Shown: positions 39,531 through 52,376, counted from the first letter of the whole stretch. The stretch: 63,982 nt of DNA, filler included, from Octopus bimaculoides (GCF_001194135.2; 6 parts of 6 records of this genome joined end to end with filler, not necessarily neighbours in it); one strand, 5' to 3'. A program made the numbers and translations. Notes: a model not told the origin generated them from the letters alone.

Positions 39531-39783
39531 GCGATCACAAATTTCGGTGCTATACCTTCCTGGATATTTCAAATCGTATAAAATAAAAAGATAAAATGAA
39601 ATGAGAAAGGGGAAAAAAAGCAATAATAAAAAAAATTGTTTTTGCCAAAAATTTTCAATTGTCGATCCTTGAAACTATATGCTAATGGCTGCTGTAACAT
39701 TCATCGTTAATTAAATTTTCATCACCTGCCATCATTCTCGTCTCTGTAGTACTTCAGGTGATGTGGCTTGAGGTGATGTATAC

Positions 39784-39831
<48 letters not shown>

Positions 39832-39833
39832 TT

Positions 39834-39870
<37 letters not shown>

Positions 39871-39970
39871 NNNNNNNNNNNNNNNNNNNNNNNNNNNNNN
39901 NNNNNNNNNNNNNNTTAATTAATTAANNNNNNNNNNNNNNNNNNNNNNNNNNNNNNNNNNNNNNNNNNNN
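39871..39970. other. Assembly join: 44 N + TTAATTAATTAA + 44 N (100 nt)
   Basis: Identical construct at 27522-27621, 39871-39970, 56756-56855, 59170-59269 and 62621-62720. The 12-mer has stop codons in all six frames, so it is an artificial spacer. Confidence 0.95.
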
Positions 39971-41722
39971 GGATCTTCAGGAGGAGCATCAAGTTCCTCG
40001 GGATCTGAGACTTTCGGCATGATACCATTGACTGGAATCAGGGCAGCTTTGATTGCTTCCAGAGGATAGGGAGTCAGGTCATAATCACAGTTATCTTCGG
40101 GTTCTGCAGCTGGAGGAGGTCGTTTAGCATGTGCTAACGATGCAGCCCGTTGTGAACGATTGTACTTCACATTGCTGCCATGGGCTGCGGTGCTGTTCTT
40201 GGTTGCTCCTGGCTTAGACAACTCAGACAGACGTTGACCCAATGGACGAGTTTTGTTCTGAGCCAAGTCTGCTGCATCTTCCATGCTGCTTGTACTGTCC
40301 AGTCTTTGGCGCTGAGAGAATCTATCAACACTCTGAGATCGGGGTTTCAAACTTGAACTAGCTGCCATGTGTTTGGCTCGCCCCACTTTGGGAGACTGGG
40401 AAATTTTCCGATCAGGTCGTGACATGTCTCCAACAGCATCTTTGGAGGCATCCTTTTTGCCTGATTTTGCTACCCCTGAACTCATTTTGGGGACGCCTTG
40501 AGCTTTAGCTAAGGACACAGTGTGACCTCCTGAGTTTGTTCTTGAAACAGTAATTACTTGGGGGGTTTCTTTACTGTTGTAGCGTACAGCCGAAGCAGAA
40601 CGCTTGCTGCGGTGCCATCTGTCAACATAACTTGGTAACAATAGCTTGTTCTTTGTCTCATCCACTGTCAGATCTCGTCTCGTATTCAGACTCTGAGTAG
40701 AGGACGACCGAGAAGAGAGGCCACTCTGAGACTGAAGACTACCACGACGACCTGGTGTGGGGGTGAGTGCTTCGTTATCTTCATCAGCGGAAGACTGAGT
40801 ATCATCAGTTGAGTACTGCTTTGCCCCTCTTCGATGTGTGAATTCCTGAATACCTGGAGTCGAAGCTCTCCTAGGGACATTCACAGACAGTTTGTGTCCA
40901 CTGTCTAAATCTCTCGGTCCAGGCGTAGTGGACCGAGGGATTGCAATTTTAGATTTTGATGAGGACTTCTTAGTAGTTCCCAAAGTAAGGTCCTCCATCG
41001 ATTGACGTAGACTCTTGTTATTACGACTATACTTTCTCTCTTGCTTTGGTGTTTCAAACACAGAACTTTTATCACTTGGAGTGACAGGACAAGAAAACTG
41101 GGAATTGGTAGAGCTGGGGCTTGTACTTTGAGATGTACAAGGTCTACTGGAGTCTTGTGAAGGAGATTTCATGGGGATTCTGGAATCTCCGTTTATATGC
41201 AATGAAGCTGGAGTGTTCGGCTTTGGAAGGAGACTACTGGATTTGCCTTTGGTGACATCTCTGCTTTGATTTAGATTAGAGATCGAACTGGAATTACTTT
41301 CAGAGGGTTTCATACAAGTTTTAGACTCAGGAGACGGAGAACGCGTCCGGCTACTCGGAATTCTAAGGTTCTGCGTATTCTGATGAAGATTGGAATATTT
41401 CTGGTCTGTTGATTGAGTTTTAGAAACATCCTTGTTATTATGTCCTGGATACTGAAGCCGGGAAACTTTGGAAGGACTGCTTTTGGTACTGGAACAGTTA
41501 CTCCCGGTTGTCGATGCTGCCTGCGAGAGGTTCGACTCTACAGAACTGCTGATGTTGCTTCCGTCTTTCGGTGCCGGCACAATTTGGTTGTTGAGCAGGT
41601 TTTTGAACTGCTCCAAGGTCATTGTACTAATTTGATTCATATCTAGTTTTCCGGAACGTTCTTTAGGGTCCACATCACTCAATTTTTCAGAAGATGCACT
41701 TAATGATGAAGAAGTAGACGAT
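39971..41722 (-). CDS. Large internal exon of an unidentified Ser/Pro/Lys/Arg-rich, likely intrinsically disordered protein; 3' end lost in assembly gap
   Basis: Stop-free frame of about 580 codons in non-repetitive sequence. Acceptor on the minus strand ...ttttcttctgctattttccag|A at 41722 (phase 2) matches the donor of exon 43249. Contains SRIP (SxIP) at 41173-41184 and a more ordered tail DYDLTPYPLEAIKAALIPVNGIMPKV. Family not recognised. Confidence 0.9.
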
Positions 41723-41980
41723 CTGGAAAATAGCAGAAGAAAAAAAAAAAACAGAATGAGACTCCATCAACAGCGATGATTTAATTATGTTAATAAAAGA
41801 TTTGAAATTTTAAAAAGTTTAAGGCATAGCTGTGTGGTTAAGAAGCTTGTTTTTTCAGTCACGTGGTTTTAAGTTCAGTCCCACTGTGCAGCACCTGGGG
41901 TAAGCATCTTCTACTGTAGCCCTGAACTAACCAAAGCCTTGTGAACAAATCTGGTAGATGGAAACTGTGCAGAAGCTGAT

Positions 41981-42014
<34 letters not shown>

Positions 42015-42018
<4 letters not shown>

Positions 42019-42454
42019 GTTGGTGCATAATTATTATGGCTTTTTTTCAACAAATTTTATTCAACAAAAACACCATCATCATCATCATCATAATCGTTTA
42101 ACGTCCGCTTTCCATGCTAGCATGGGTTGGACGATTTGACTGAGGACTAGTGAGCCAGATGGCTGCACCAGGCTCCAATTTAATCTGGCAGAGTTTCTAG
42201 AACTGGATGCCCTACCTAACGCCAGCCACTCCAAGAGTGTAGTGGGTGCTTTTACATGCCACCGGCACGAGGGCCAGTCAGGCGGTACTGGCAACGGCCA
42301 TGCTCAAATGGTGTTTTTTACGTTCCACCTGCACAGGAGCCAGTCCAGCGGCACTGGCAATGACCTCGTTCAAATAATCATTAAAAGATGTTTTTGCTAC
42401 ATTTTGCTATTGTTTTTGTTGAATAAAAACCGCAATAATTATCCACCAACCCAA
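42015..42454. mobile_element. Mariner-type MITE
   Basis: TIRs TTGGGTTGGTGCATAATTATTATGGCTTTTT / revcomp TTGGGTTGGTGGATAATTATTGCGGTTTTT (Hsmar1/MADE1-like), flanked by TA runs. Confidence 0.85.
42074..42370 (-). mobile_element. 5'-truncated RTE 3' UTR copy nested in a MITE
   Basis: Same sequence family as 16839-17070 with a (CAT)n tail. Confidence 0.8.
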
Positions 42455-42468
42455 TATATATATATATG

Positions 42469-42512
<44 letters not shown>

Positions 42513-43248
42513 TCCCCTCTGTTACTTGACAACTGGTGTTGGCTTATTTATGTTCCTGAAACTTAGTGATTAGGCAAAAAGAAAAAAAAAGCTAACAGGA
42601 AAAGTTCTAGGATTTTAAATAGCAAACAAAAAACAAGTGCTGGGATCGATTTGACCAAACCTGTTAAAGCAGTGCCCCAGCATGGCCGCAGTCCAAAGAC
42701 TGAAACAAGTAAAAGAAGACAGTCAGAGGAAGACAGTCAAAGACCATGGTCTTTGCAGTCATCTCACAAAACAATTCATAAGTGTGTGTGTGTGTGTGCA
42801 TGTGTATGTGTGTGTGTGTGCATGTGTATGTGTGTGTGTACATACATACACAGACATATACATGTATATGCAGGCATGGTTGTGTAGGAAGATGCTTGCT
42901 TCCCAGCCACATGGTCCTGGGTTCAGTCCCACAGCATGGTACTTTGAGCAAGTATTTTCTACTATAGCCTGAGGTGACCAAAGCCTTGTAAGTGGACTGA
43001 ATGCTATTTACATGGTACCAGCACAGATTAGGACAGTTTTGGCATGGTTTTTACAGCTGGATGCCCTTCCAAATGCCAACCACTTCACAGTCTGGACTGG
43101 ATACTTTTTATGTGACACCAGCACAGGTGTGGTCAGTTTTGGCATGATTTTTACAGCTGGATGCCCTTCCAAATGCCAACCACTTCACAGTGTAGACTTG
43201 ATGCTTTTTACATAAAAGATAAAAGATAACAAAATAATATCTACTCAC

Positions 43249-43485
43249 TTGAGACTAGATGAAGATGCAGGTGACATAGTTCTTTTGGTTGGAGAGAACT
43301 GCAGCCTCTGGTAAGAGGATGGTGGAGCCATTTTGGAACTAGCTGAATGCGGATAGTGCTTTGCAGGAGAGGTAGACAGGCTACGCGACAAATTGCTGAT
43401 ATTTTCGGCGCTCGAGTGGAAATTACCAGTTTTTTTGTTGAGTCTTTCAGCTACTGGAGACTGAGAGCGTGGGGGTGTGGTTGAA
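43249..43485 (-). CDS. Upstream exon of the same gene (STTPPRSQSPVAERLNKK...RTMSPASSSSLK); 5' end in N gap
   Basis: 78 open codons with the same Ser/Pro-rich composition. Canonical donor CTCAA|GTGAGT (phase 2); AA+A gives Lys in frame with exon 41722. Pyrimidine tract at 43730-43740 just beyond the gap. Confidence 0.8.
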
Positions 43486-43965
43486 NNNNNNNNNNNNNNN
43501 NNNNNNNNNNNNNNNNNNNNNNNNNNNNNNNNNNNNNNNNNNNNNNNNNNNNNNNNNNNNNNNNNNNNNNNNNNNNNNNNNNNNNNNNNNNNNNNNNNNN
43601 NNNNNNNNNNNNNNNNNNNNNNNNNNNNNNNNNNNNNNNNNNNNNNNNNNNNNNNNNNNNNNNNNNNNNNNNNNNNNNNNNNNNNNNNNNNNNNNNNNNN
43701 NNNNNNNNNNNNNNNNNNNNNNNNNNNNNAAAAGAAAAGACATTTGATAAATATATATATTTTGATTAAATATAAAGAATTGTGATTCTATGATCAACAG
43801 ATTTCTAGATTCTTTGGATATTTGTTTATGACAAGAAACTCTCTCACACGTGTCTTTCAGTTTACCTGTCTGTCCCTTCATTCCTTGATCAATCAATCAC
43901 TCTCTCTCTCTCTTTCTATTTCTCCGTGTATCTCTCTACCTCTTTGTCTATCTCACTATTCATAA

Positions 43966-44020
<55 letters not shown>

Positions 44021-45090
44021 CACACACACGCACCTAGCTTATCAATTCCCACTCACATTTACTCTTATACCTTGGACCCATCAGATCCATGTTATGCAGT
44101 TCAACCCATTCCAACATGAGCATTACGTCTACCAAATCCACTCACAAGGCTTTGGTCAACCCGAGGCTATAGTAGAAGACACTTGCCCAAGGTGCCATGC
44201 AGTGGAACTGAACCCAGAACCATGTGGTTGGGAAGCAAGCTACTTACCACACAGCCACACATATATCAGTAGTTCTGATTCTGTCTCCACAGCGATCCTT
44301 CCAGTCAGCCAATCAATCTGTCTATCTATTTGTCTACCTAACGATCTCTCTCTTTCTTTAGTCTATATAATCAACCTGTGTTTGTGATGTTGGTATCACC
44401 ATAGTAAGTATTGTTGTTGTTGTTGTTGCTGGTGGTGGTGCTGGTGCTGGTGGTGCAGGGGTACTATCAATAGCGTCATAGTCAATCTTGTTAGTGGTTA
44501 ATATAACAGGTGTGGAGGGAGGCAATAGTGATGGAAACAGTAAATATAATAATGATGACGACAAACAATGACGATAATAGAGATGGTGGATTGATTTTAT
44601 TTGCTTCACTGCCACTACCACCATCACCACCACTACCACAACGATGACCCCCCCCCCTCCCACTGCCACGTCAACACCACCACCATCACCGAAATTCCCC
44701 CTCTCCTCACCACCACACCCACTACTATTAATTCTACAATCAATCCTCTTCCAACCTCCACTTCTGCCATGGCCACCCCCCCCCACCAACTACTTAGACA
44801 TTACACCACAGACAAAATCGGTTAATATTAGAGATTTCAGTGAATTAAGCTAACATCAAAAGTGTGTGTATATGTGTATTGATATACATACATACATACA
44901 TACATACACACATAGTAATGGAGGAAGAGTAGGAGATCAAATGCATGAAGATTATACCACCACCATACACACACATGCATAAATATATACCCATATATAC
45001 ATACATACACATATATACACACACATACACACATGTACACACACATATATATATACTCATACACACACACACACATATATATATACTCAT

Positions 45091-45121
<31 letters not shown>

Positions 45122-45719
45122 CTCATACGCACACACACGCATATATATACTCATACACACACATACTCATACACACATATATATATATACTCATACACTC
45201 AAACACATATATACTCATACACACACACATACATATATACACTCATACACACACACACATATACTCATACACACACACACACACACACACATGTATATAT
45301 ATATATATATATATAAATGAGAGAGAAAGAGAGGGAGAGAGAGAGAGAGAGAGGGAGAGAGAGAGAGAGAGAGAGAGAAGAAAGAAGCCTGACAATGTTG
45401 TAAATCCTCTTATGTATTATGATGAGAGCATTTTGTTAAGGGGAGAATCAGAGAGACACANNNNNNNNNNNNNNNNNNNNNNNNNNNNNNNNNNNNNNNN
45501 NNNNNNNNNNNNNNNNNNNNNNNNNNNNNNNNNNNNNNNNNNNNNNNNNNNNNNNNNNNNNNNNNNNNNNNNNNNNNNNNNNNNNNNNNNNNNNNNNNNN
45601 NNNNNNNNNNNNNNNNNNNNNNNNNNNNNNNNNNNNNNNNNNNNNNNNNNNNNNNNNNNNNNNNNNNNNNNNNNNNNNNNNNNNNNNNNNNNNNNNNNNN
45701 NNNNNNNNNNNNNNNNNNN

Positions 45720-45798
<79 letters not shown>

Positions 45799-47275
45799 TG
45801 TATTTGTGTTTGTGTCTACTCTGAAATGCGTATGTGATTTACTGTGCGAGAGGATGTGATTTATTCTGTGTGTGTGTATGCGAGTGCGCATTTGTGTGTG
45901 TGTGTGTGTGTGTGTGTGTTCAGGTGCATGTTTGTGTGCATGTGTGTATGTATGCGAGTGTGCGTGTATGAATGTGTGCATGTGTATGTGAGTGTGTGGT
46001 GTGGTGTAAATAATGCAAATAATGTAATCATGCATTGTCTCATAGCTTTGAGATTTCGATGCCATAGTTACTTAATTTTAGATTGACATTGTGGGGTAGG
46101 TGTAAGAGGCCAGATCTGAGTGGTTTGATCATAAAACAGGCAGAATATTTGGGCCGGATGTGGCCAGTTTAAAGGTTAAAGGCTTAAAGACAACAAGCTG
46201 GTCTTCNNNNNNNNNNNNNNNNNNNNNNNNNNNNNNNNNNNNNNNNNNNNNNNNNNNNNNNNNNNNNNNNNNNNNNNNNNNNNNNNNNNNNNNNNNNNNN
46301 NNNNNNNNNNNNNNNNNNNNNNNNNNNNNNNNNNNNNNNNNNNNNNNNNNNNNNNNNNNNNNNNNNNNNNNNNNNNNNNNNNNNNNNNNNNNNNNNNNNN
46401 NNNNNNNNNNNNNNNNNNNNNNNNNNNNNNNNNNNNNNNNNNNNNNNNNNNNNNNNNNNNNNNNNNNNNNNNNNNNNNNNNNNNNNNNNNNNNNNNNNNN
46501 NNNNNNNNNNNNNNNNNNNNNNNNNNNNNNNNNNNNNNNNNNNNNNNNNNNNNNNNNNNNNNNNNNNNNNNNNNNNNNNNNNNNNNNNNNNNNNNNNNNN
46601 NNNNNNNNNNNNNNNNNNNNNNNNNNNNNNNNNNNNNNNNNNNNNNNNNNNNNNNNNNNNNNNNNNNNNNNNNNNNNNNNNNNNNNNNNNNNNNNNNNNN
46701 NNNNNNNNNNNNNNNNNNNNNNNNNNNNNNNNNNNNNNNNNNNNNNNNNNNNNNNNNNNNNNNNNNNNNNNNNNNNNNNNNNNNNNNNNNNNNNNNNNNN
46801 NNNNNNNNNNNNNNNNNNNNNNNNNNNNNNNNNNNNNNNNNNNNNNNNNNNNNNNNNNNNNNNNNNNNNNNNNNNNNNNNNNNNNNNNNNNNNNNNNNNN
46901 NNNNNNNNNNNNNNNNNNNNNNNNNNNNNNNNNNNNNNNNNNNNNNNNNNNNNNNNNNNNNNNNNNNNNNNNNNNNNNNNNNNNNNNNNNNNNNNNNNAA
47001 TCCCATGTTCTCACAATCCCGCTAACCTGCCACACAAACAATGCATGTGTGTGTGTGTGTGTGTGTGTGTGAGTGTGTGTGTGTGTGTGTGAGTGTGTGT
47101 GTGTGTGAGTGTGTGTGTGTGTGAGCGTTTGCACATACATAGACACACCAGAACAAAGGAGGAAATTTATTAATATTCAAAGCTTGTGGGGACATGTCCA
47201 AATTGAAAACAAAGGGGACTCCCCTCTCCTTTCACACCACTGTTAAGAGAGACACGGAATATCTAAGGTATTCAC

Positions 47276-47395
47276 CGAGAGTTTTAAGGACAAACTGTGA
47301 AGAAACAAGTGCCGTGAGGGCAGCGGGAGGGGTGGATGGCCCCCAACAGTACTTGGTGGCACTAACAATATCTTTGTTGTTGTCTAGCTGCAGAT
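47276..47395 (-). CDS. Candidate exon (D)LQLDNNKDIVSATKYCWGPSTPPAALTALVSSQFVLKTL(G)
   Basis: Open frame, GC-rich and CpG-retaining inside a CpG-depleted zone. Acceptor ctttgtctgggcag| and donor G|GTGAAT (weak), phase 1-1; phase fits exon 49157. An alternative acceptor lies 9 nt downstream. Confidence 0.5.
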
Positions 47396-48684
47396 CTGCC
47401 CAGACAAAGCAAGTCTGGTGCAATTAACGAGGATATGCATTGGTAAGTATTGGTGATAGTGGTGGTGGTGGTGGTCATGGAAGGAGGTACAGTTAGTGGT
47501 GATACAGTTACTGTTGGTGGCGATGGTAATAGTGGTTGCAGCAGTGATAGCCGTTTCGCCCCAAGCAGGTCAGCGCTAAGATCCAGTAAACACGATTACC
47601 ATATGATGGTCTTTTACTTGTTTCAGTCGTTGGACTGTGGCCATGCTGGGGCACCACCTTAAAGGGTTTCAGTCAAACGAATAGACCGTAGTACTTATTT
47701 TCTAAAGTCTGGTGCTTATTCTGTTGGTCTTTTACCAAACTGCCAAGTTACGAGGATGCAAACACACCAACACTGGGTGTCAAGTGGTGGTGGGAGACAA
47801 ACACAGGCACAAAGATACAAAAACACACACACACACACACGACGGGTTTCCTTCAGTTTCCATCTACGAAATCCACTCTCAAGGCTTTGGTTGGCCCACG
47901 GCTATAGCAAAAGACACTTGCTTAAGGTGCCATGCAGTGGGACTGTGTGTGTATATATATATATATAAATANNNNNNNNNNNNNNNNNNNNNNNNNNNNN
48001 NNNNNNNNNNNNNNNNNNNNNNNNNNNNNNNNNNNNNNNNNNNNNNNNNNNNNNNNNNNNNNNNNNNNNNNNNNNNNNNNNNNNNNNNNNNNNNNNNNNN
48101 NNNNNNNNNNNNNNNNNNNNNNNNNNNNNNNNNNNNNNNNNNNNNNNNNNNNNNNNNNNNNNNNNNNNNNNNNNNNNNNNNNNNNNNNNNNNNNNNNNNN
48201 NNNNNNNNNNNNNNNNNNNNNNNNNNNNNNNNNNNNNNNNNNNNNNNNNNNNNNNNNNNNNNNNNNNNNNNNNNNNNNNNNNNNNNNNNNNNNNNNNNNN
48301 NNNNNNNNNNNNNNNNNNNNNNNNNNNNNNNNNNNNNNNNNNNNNNNNNNNNNNNNNNNNNNNNNNNNNNNNNNNNNNNNNNNNNNNNNNNNNNNNNNNN
48401 NNNNNNNNNNNNNNNNNNNNNNNNNNNNNNNNNNNNNNNNNNNNNNNNNNNNNNNNNNNNNNNNNNNNNNNNNNNNNNNNNNNNNNNNNNNNNNNNNNNN
48501 NNNNNNNNNNNNNNNNNNNNNNNNNNNNNNNNNNNNNNNNNNNNNNNNNNNNNNNNNNNNNNNNNNNNNNNNNNNNNNNNNNNNNNNNNNNNNNNNNNNN
48601 NNNNNNNNNNNNNNNNNNNNNNNNNNNNNNNNNNNNNNNNNNNNNNNNNNNNNNNNNNNNNNNNNNNNNNNNNNNNNNNNNNNN

Positions 48685-49075
48685 GTTAGTGAGTTGTGGT
48701 GGTGGTGGTGATGGCAGTGGAGGTGGTGGTGGTGCTGGAGATGGTGGTGGTTGTGGTGGTGGTGGTGATGCTGGTGCTAGTGAACATGGTGGCAGCAATG
48801 ATTGTAGTGGTTCTGACAATGATGATGATATGATATGGTGGTGGTGGGGGTGGCAGTGGCAGTGTTGGTAGGAATAGCAGGGGTGGTAGTAGTGGTGGTG
48901 ATTAGCGATGTTGATGATAATGATTATGATGTTGATGATGGTGGGGGTGATAACGATGTTTTGCCCTGTAATGAAGACTGAAGACGTTAGATGTGGTTAT
49001 AGCAGTAAAGTGATACTCCTGATGATGACGATGATGATGATGATGCTGTTGATGTTGCTGCTGCTGCTGCTGCAG
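48685..49075. repeat. (GGT)n/(GAT)n/(GCT)n low-complexity tract
   Basis: Seen directly; similar tracts at 44400-44790 and 47450-47530. Confidence 0.9.
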
Positions 49076-49156
49076 TAGACAGTTATAAAAAGAACAACAG
49101 GAATGACAGATAAACAAACACACAAATATACAAATACACAAGGACCAAAATAATAC

Positions 49157-49221
49157 CGTTGGTTGGTTTAGAGTTGGTTGCCGTTGGAAACAGGTTTTTG
49201 TAAGGAGGCGTAGATCTACGT
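49157..49221 (-). CDS. Candidate exon (R)RRSTPPYKNLFPTATNSKPTN(D)
   Basis: Acceptor aaaacag|A (phase 2) and donor G|GTATTA (weak, phase 1). Phases join exon 52321 and exon 47395 without frameshift. Confidence 0.5.
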
Positions 49222-49556
49222 CTGTTTTCATAATAAACTTTGCTTGGTTCAATCACAATGAGTTGCTAATTAGGGAGTGTTATGATTAATTAACTAAACT
49301 GGTGAAAGAGAAATTGCTATACACAAACACAGACACACACACACACACACGTACATACCCATATTTATTTCTTTATTGCCCACAGGGGGCTAAACATAGA
49401 GGGGACAAACAAGGATAGGCAAAGGGATTAAGCCGATTACATCGACCCCAGTGTGTAACTGGTACTTATTTAATTGACCCCGAACGGATGAAAGGCAAAG
49501 TCGACCTCAGCGGAATTTGAACTCAGAACGTAACGACAGTAACCCAAAAATCTACC

Positions 49557-51301
49557 CAGCTGTAAGAGATGAATCAACAAACATTGAGAAGCAAAACTCT
49601 TTTCTCTGGTAGAAGAATAAATGCCAAAAGAGCTGGTACTGCTTGAGAATTCTATCTTCCATTACTTAAATTGGGTATTTTTTTGAAAGTATATGGTAGG
49701 AAATTTTCTGGTTTCTTCAAAGAAATGAAAAACTCTGGTCAAAGGAAATAGAAATTTCATGTCATCTCGCCATCCTGCTGAATTCGGTAATCTTTTCTTC
49801 CCCATTGTTGAAATTAGCCTGGAGTTTCTCACAATTACTTAAAAGCTCTGGGATGAATGTATATTTAATATTAGGAAAGGACTTTTTTTCTCCTTACAAA
49901 CACAAAGAACTCTATCAAGGATATAATGCTGACAACCAATAAATTGTGGTTCTTTCAAACCCCTTTTGAACAAACAGTCTTTGCACCTGAATGACGATGC
50001 CATTTCTTTTCTCAGTGTTCACACTCGTATCAGCAACAATCATCTTTACACAGTTCCATAAATTGTATTCATCTAAAACAGCTGTTATTCCATTCACAAC
50101 AGTATTGGCTTTTCCCTTTGGTAATTGGAGCACTTCTAACTTAACTTCTCTTTGCTCATTCTTTAAAACTAGCACTTGGTTTTCTTGGTCATCAATATGT
50201 TCACCATCAAAATGTAATGATGAGTTTTCTAAATGTGTTTTCTTCATTTTCTTTTTACAGTTTAACAGCTTCTTTGAAAGTCGATCTGTAAATACCAGAT
50301 TGGGAAGGAGTCCCAATATTGATTCCATCTTGAGATAATTGTTGACAAACTGTTGTTGCTTTTAGGGTTGATAGCTTGGAAGATATTACCAACTTGGTTG
50401 CAGTTCCAGTTTTACTATACTTCCTCTTTGTTTGTGTGGATTCTTCATCTGACTTTTTCAGACTCTTGATATTCACTTTCAGTCTCTGCTTCAGACGATG
50501 ATGACAACACTGGAGTTGCTGTACCGAGCATACAAGACCTGTCCCTCCCAGCCAGGCATTCCAAGCTGATTAACCCATAAATATACCCATAAATATACAT
50601 ACAGACCACACACACACAAAACGATAGTCTGACTTTGGTGATTTCCAGAATTTATAATGATTTTCCCAAAATTTATCAGCAAACATGTTAAACAAAAAAA
50701 AAATGTTAAACAAAAAATGAAAGAGATGCATGCACATACACATTAGACAGTATACATAAACATACACATATATTACATATATATATATATATATACTCAC
50801 ATATGTACCATATATTATACATATAAATACACAATGAGAATAATGTTATGATTTTGTAAATTAGTAGGTATTAGAAAAAACTTCGAAAGTGATGCACATA
50901 CACGCACAGATGAATATGCATGCACACTCACAAATATGCACGTGGATATCTGTTCATACATATACATGTACATACATGCACATATTGGTTGCCAGGAGAC
51001 TAAAGGGGCTCACCCTCACCTAGAGGGGCGGGCCCACCCGAAACTACAAGGGGGCCCACCCGCAACTACAATGCTAATGCTATCATTTAATTTTTTTTTT
51101 GTAAAAAGTATTCTTTTCAACTGTCTACAAACACAGCCAGGCTGAAATAATTAATGCATTCTTCCAGGAGTGAATAAAAAATTCTCAAACTTGAGGGGAT
51201 GGGTCCCTTAGATACTAACATGGGCCCCCAAATATGGATTCTAATGGCACAGGGGCCCACTTGCCATCGGGCAAGCTGGCAACTTGGCCAGTCTGCCACT
51301 G
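49557..51301 (-). mobile_element. hAT-like DNA transposon remnant (probably hATm-type), 5' end plus decayed transposase
   Basis: Terminal CAGTGGCAGACTGGCC at 51301 with subterminal GGGCCC repeats. Transposase pieces LHFDGEH, VLDEYNLWNCVKMIVADTSVNTEKRNG and GWRDDMKFLFPLTRVF...FQKIPNLSN at 49557-50500, with stops and frameshifts. Subfamily assignment is from memory. Confidence 0.75.
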
Positions 51302-52065
51302 CATACATATATACACAGACATGTGTATGCACATAGTCCTGTATATTCATACACATATGCATAATGGCACATTTAAATTGGCACTCCGTCAGTTGCGCTG
51401 ACAAGGGTTCCAGTTGATTCGAACAACAGAACAGCCTGCTTGTGAAATTAATGTGCAAGTGGCTGAGCGCTCCACAGACACCTGTACCCTTAATGTAGTT
51501 CTCAGGGAGATTCAATGTGACACAGAATGTGATAAGGCTGACCCTTTGTATTACAAGTACTACTCAATTTTGTCGGACGAGTAGACTGGAGCAATATGAA
51601 GTAGAGTGTCTTGTTGAAGGACTCAACACTCAAGGACACATATACATACACACGAATACACACCAGCATGCAGATTAAGTCTGACAGCAACAAAAAACAA
51701 ACAAACAAACAAACAAAAACAAACAACACACACAGACACAAAGAAATAAACCAAACAACATGCAAACAAGGTTCTAACCCTGATGATGGACTGTGGTACG
51801 ATTATTGATGACTTTCATCTGAGGTGTGGCTATAATGAATGAAATAATAAGTAGAAAAAAAAATAATTTAAGATGAAATAAATGGAATAAATGAAAAACA
51901 AAAACAAAATGACAAAAATATAAAACAAAACAAAATAATATAATATGAAATGAAATAATGAAGTTCAGAAAAAACAGCGACAAAAAAAACACGGTATTGT
52001 GTTGAAACAATTGTTGGGATTAATAATAAAAATTCTTGTATATTTCATCTTCCATCTTTTATTTA

Positions 52066-52103
<38 letters not shown>

Positions 52104-52320
52104 GCACACACACACACATACATATATAAAGGAACATTAAAACTCATGAGAGATAATAATGTTAGTGGTTGCAAGCTAAAAACTGTATAAGAAAAATTAA
52201 AAGATATATAGAAGAATTATATATAACAAGGGCACTAAGAAAGAAGTGCCAGCTTTGCTAGAAATAGGAGTCAAAATACTCTGAAGTCACAAGACTTAAC
52301 ACTACATTTTCCAACCATAC

Positions 52321-52376
52321 CTGTGAAAATCTAGTGTTAATTCTCGTGGATTTGGAGTATTTGAAATCAGAGGACC
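52321..52376 (-). CDS. Candidate exon GPLISNTPNPRELTLDFH(R)
   Basis: Acceptor ctattctccttcaaaatag|G and strong donor ACAG|GTATGG, phase 0-2; consistent with both neighbours. Confidence 0.55.

Noticed and set aside
47388-47442. Plus-strand exon-like segment (tag|LQICPDKASLVQLTRICI|GTAAGT)
   Set aside because: Good splice sites, but no phase-compatible plus-strand partners were found and it overlaps a minus-strand candidate that fits a chain. It cannot be fully excluded.
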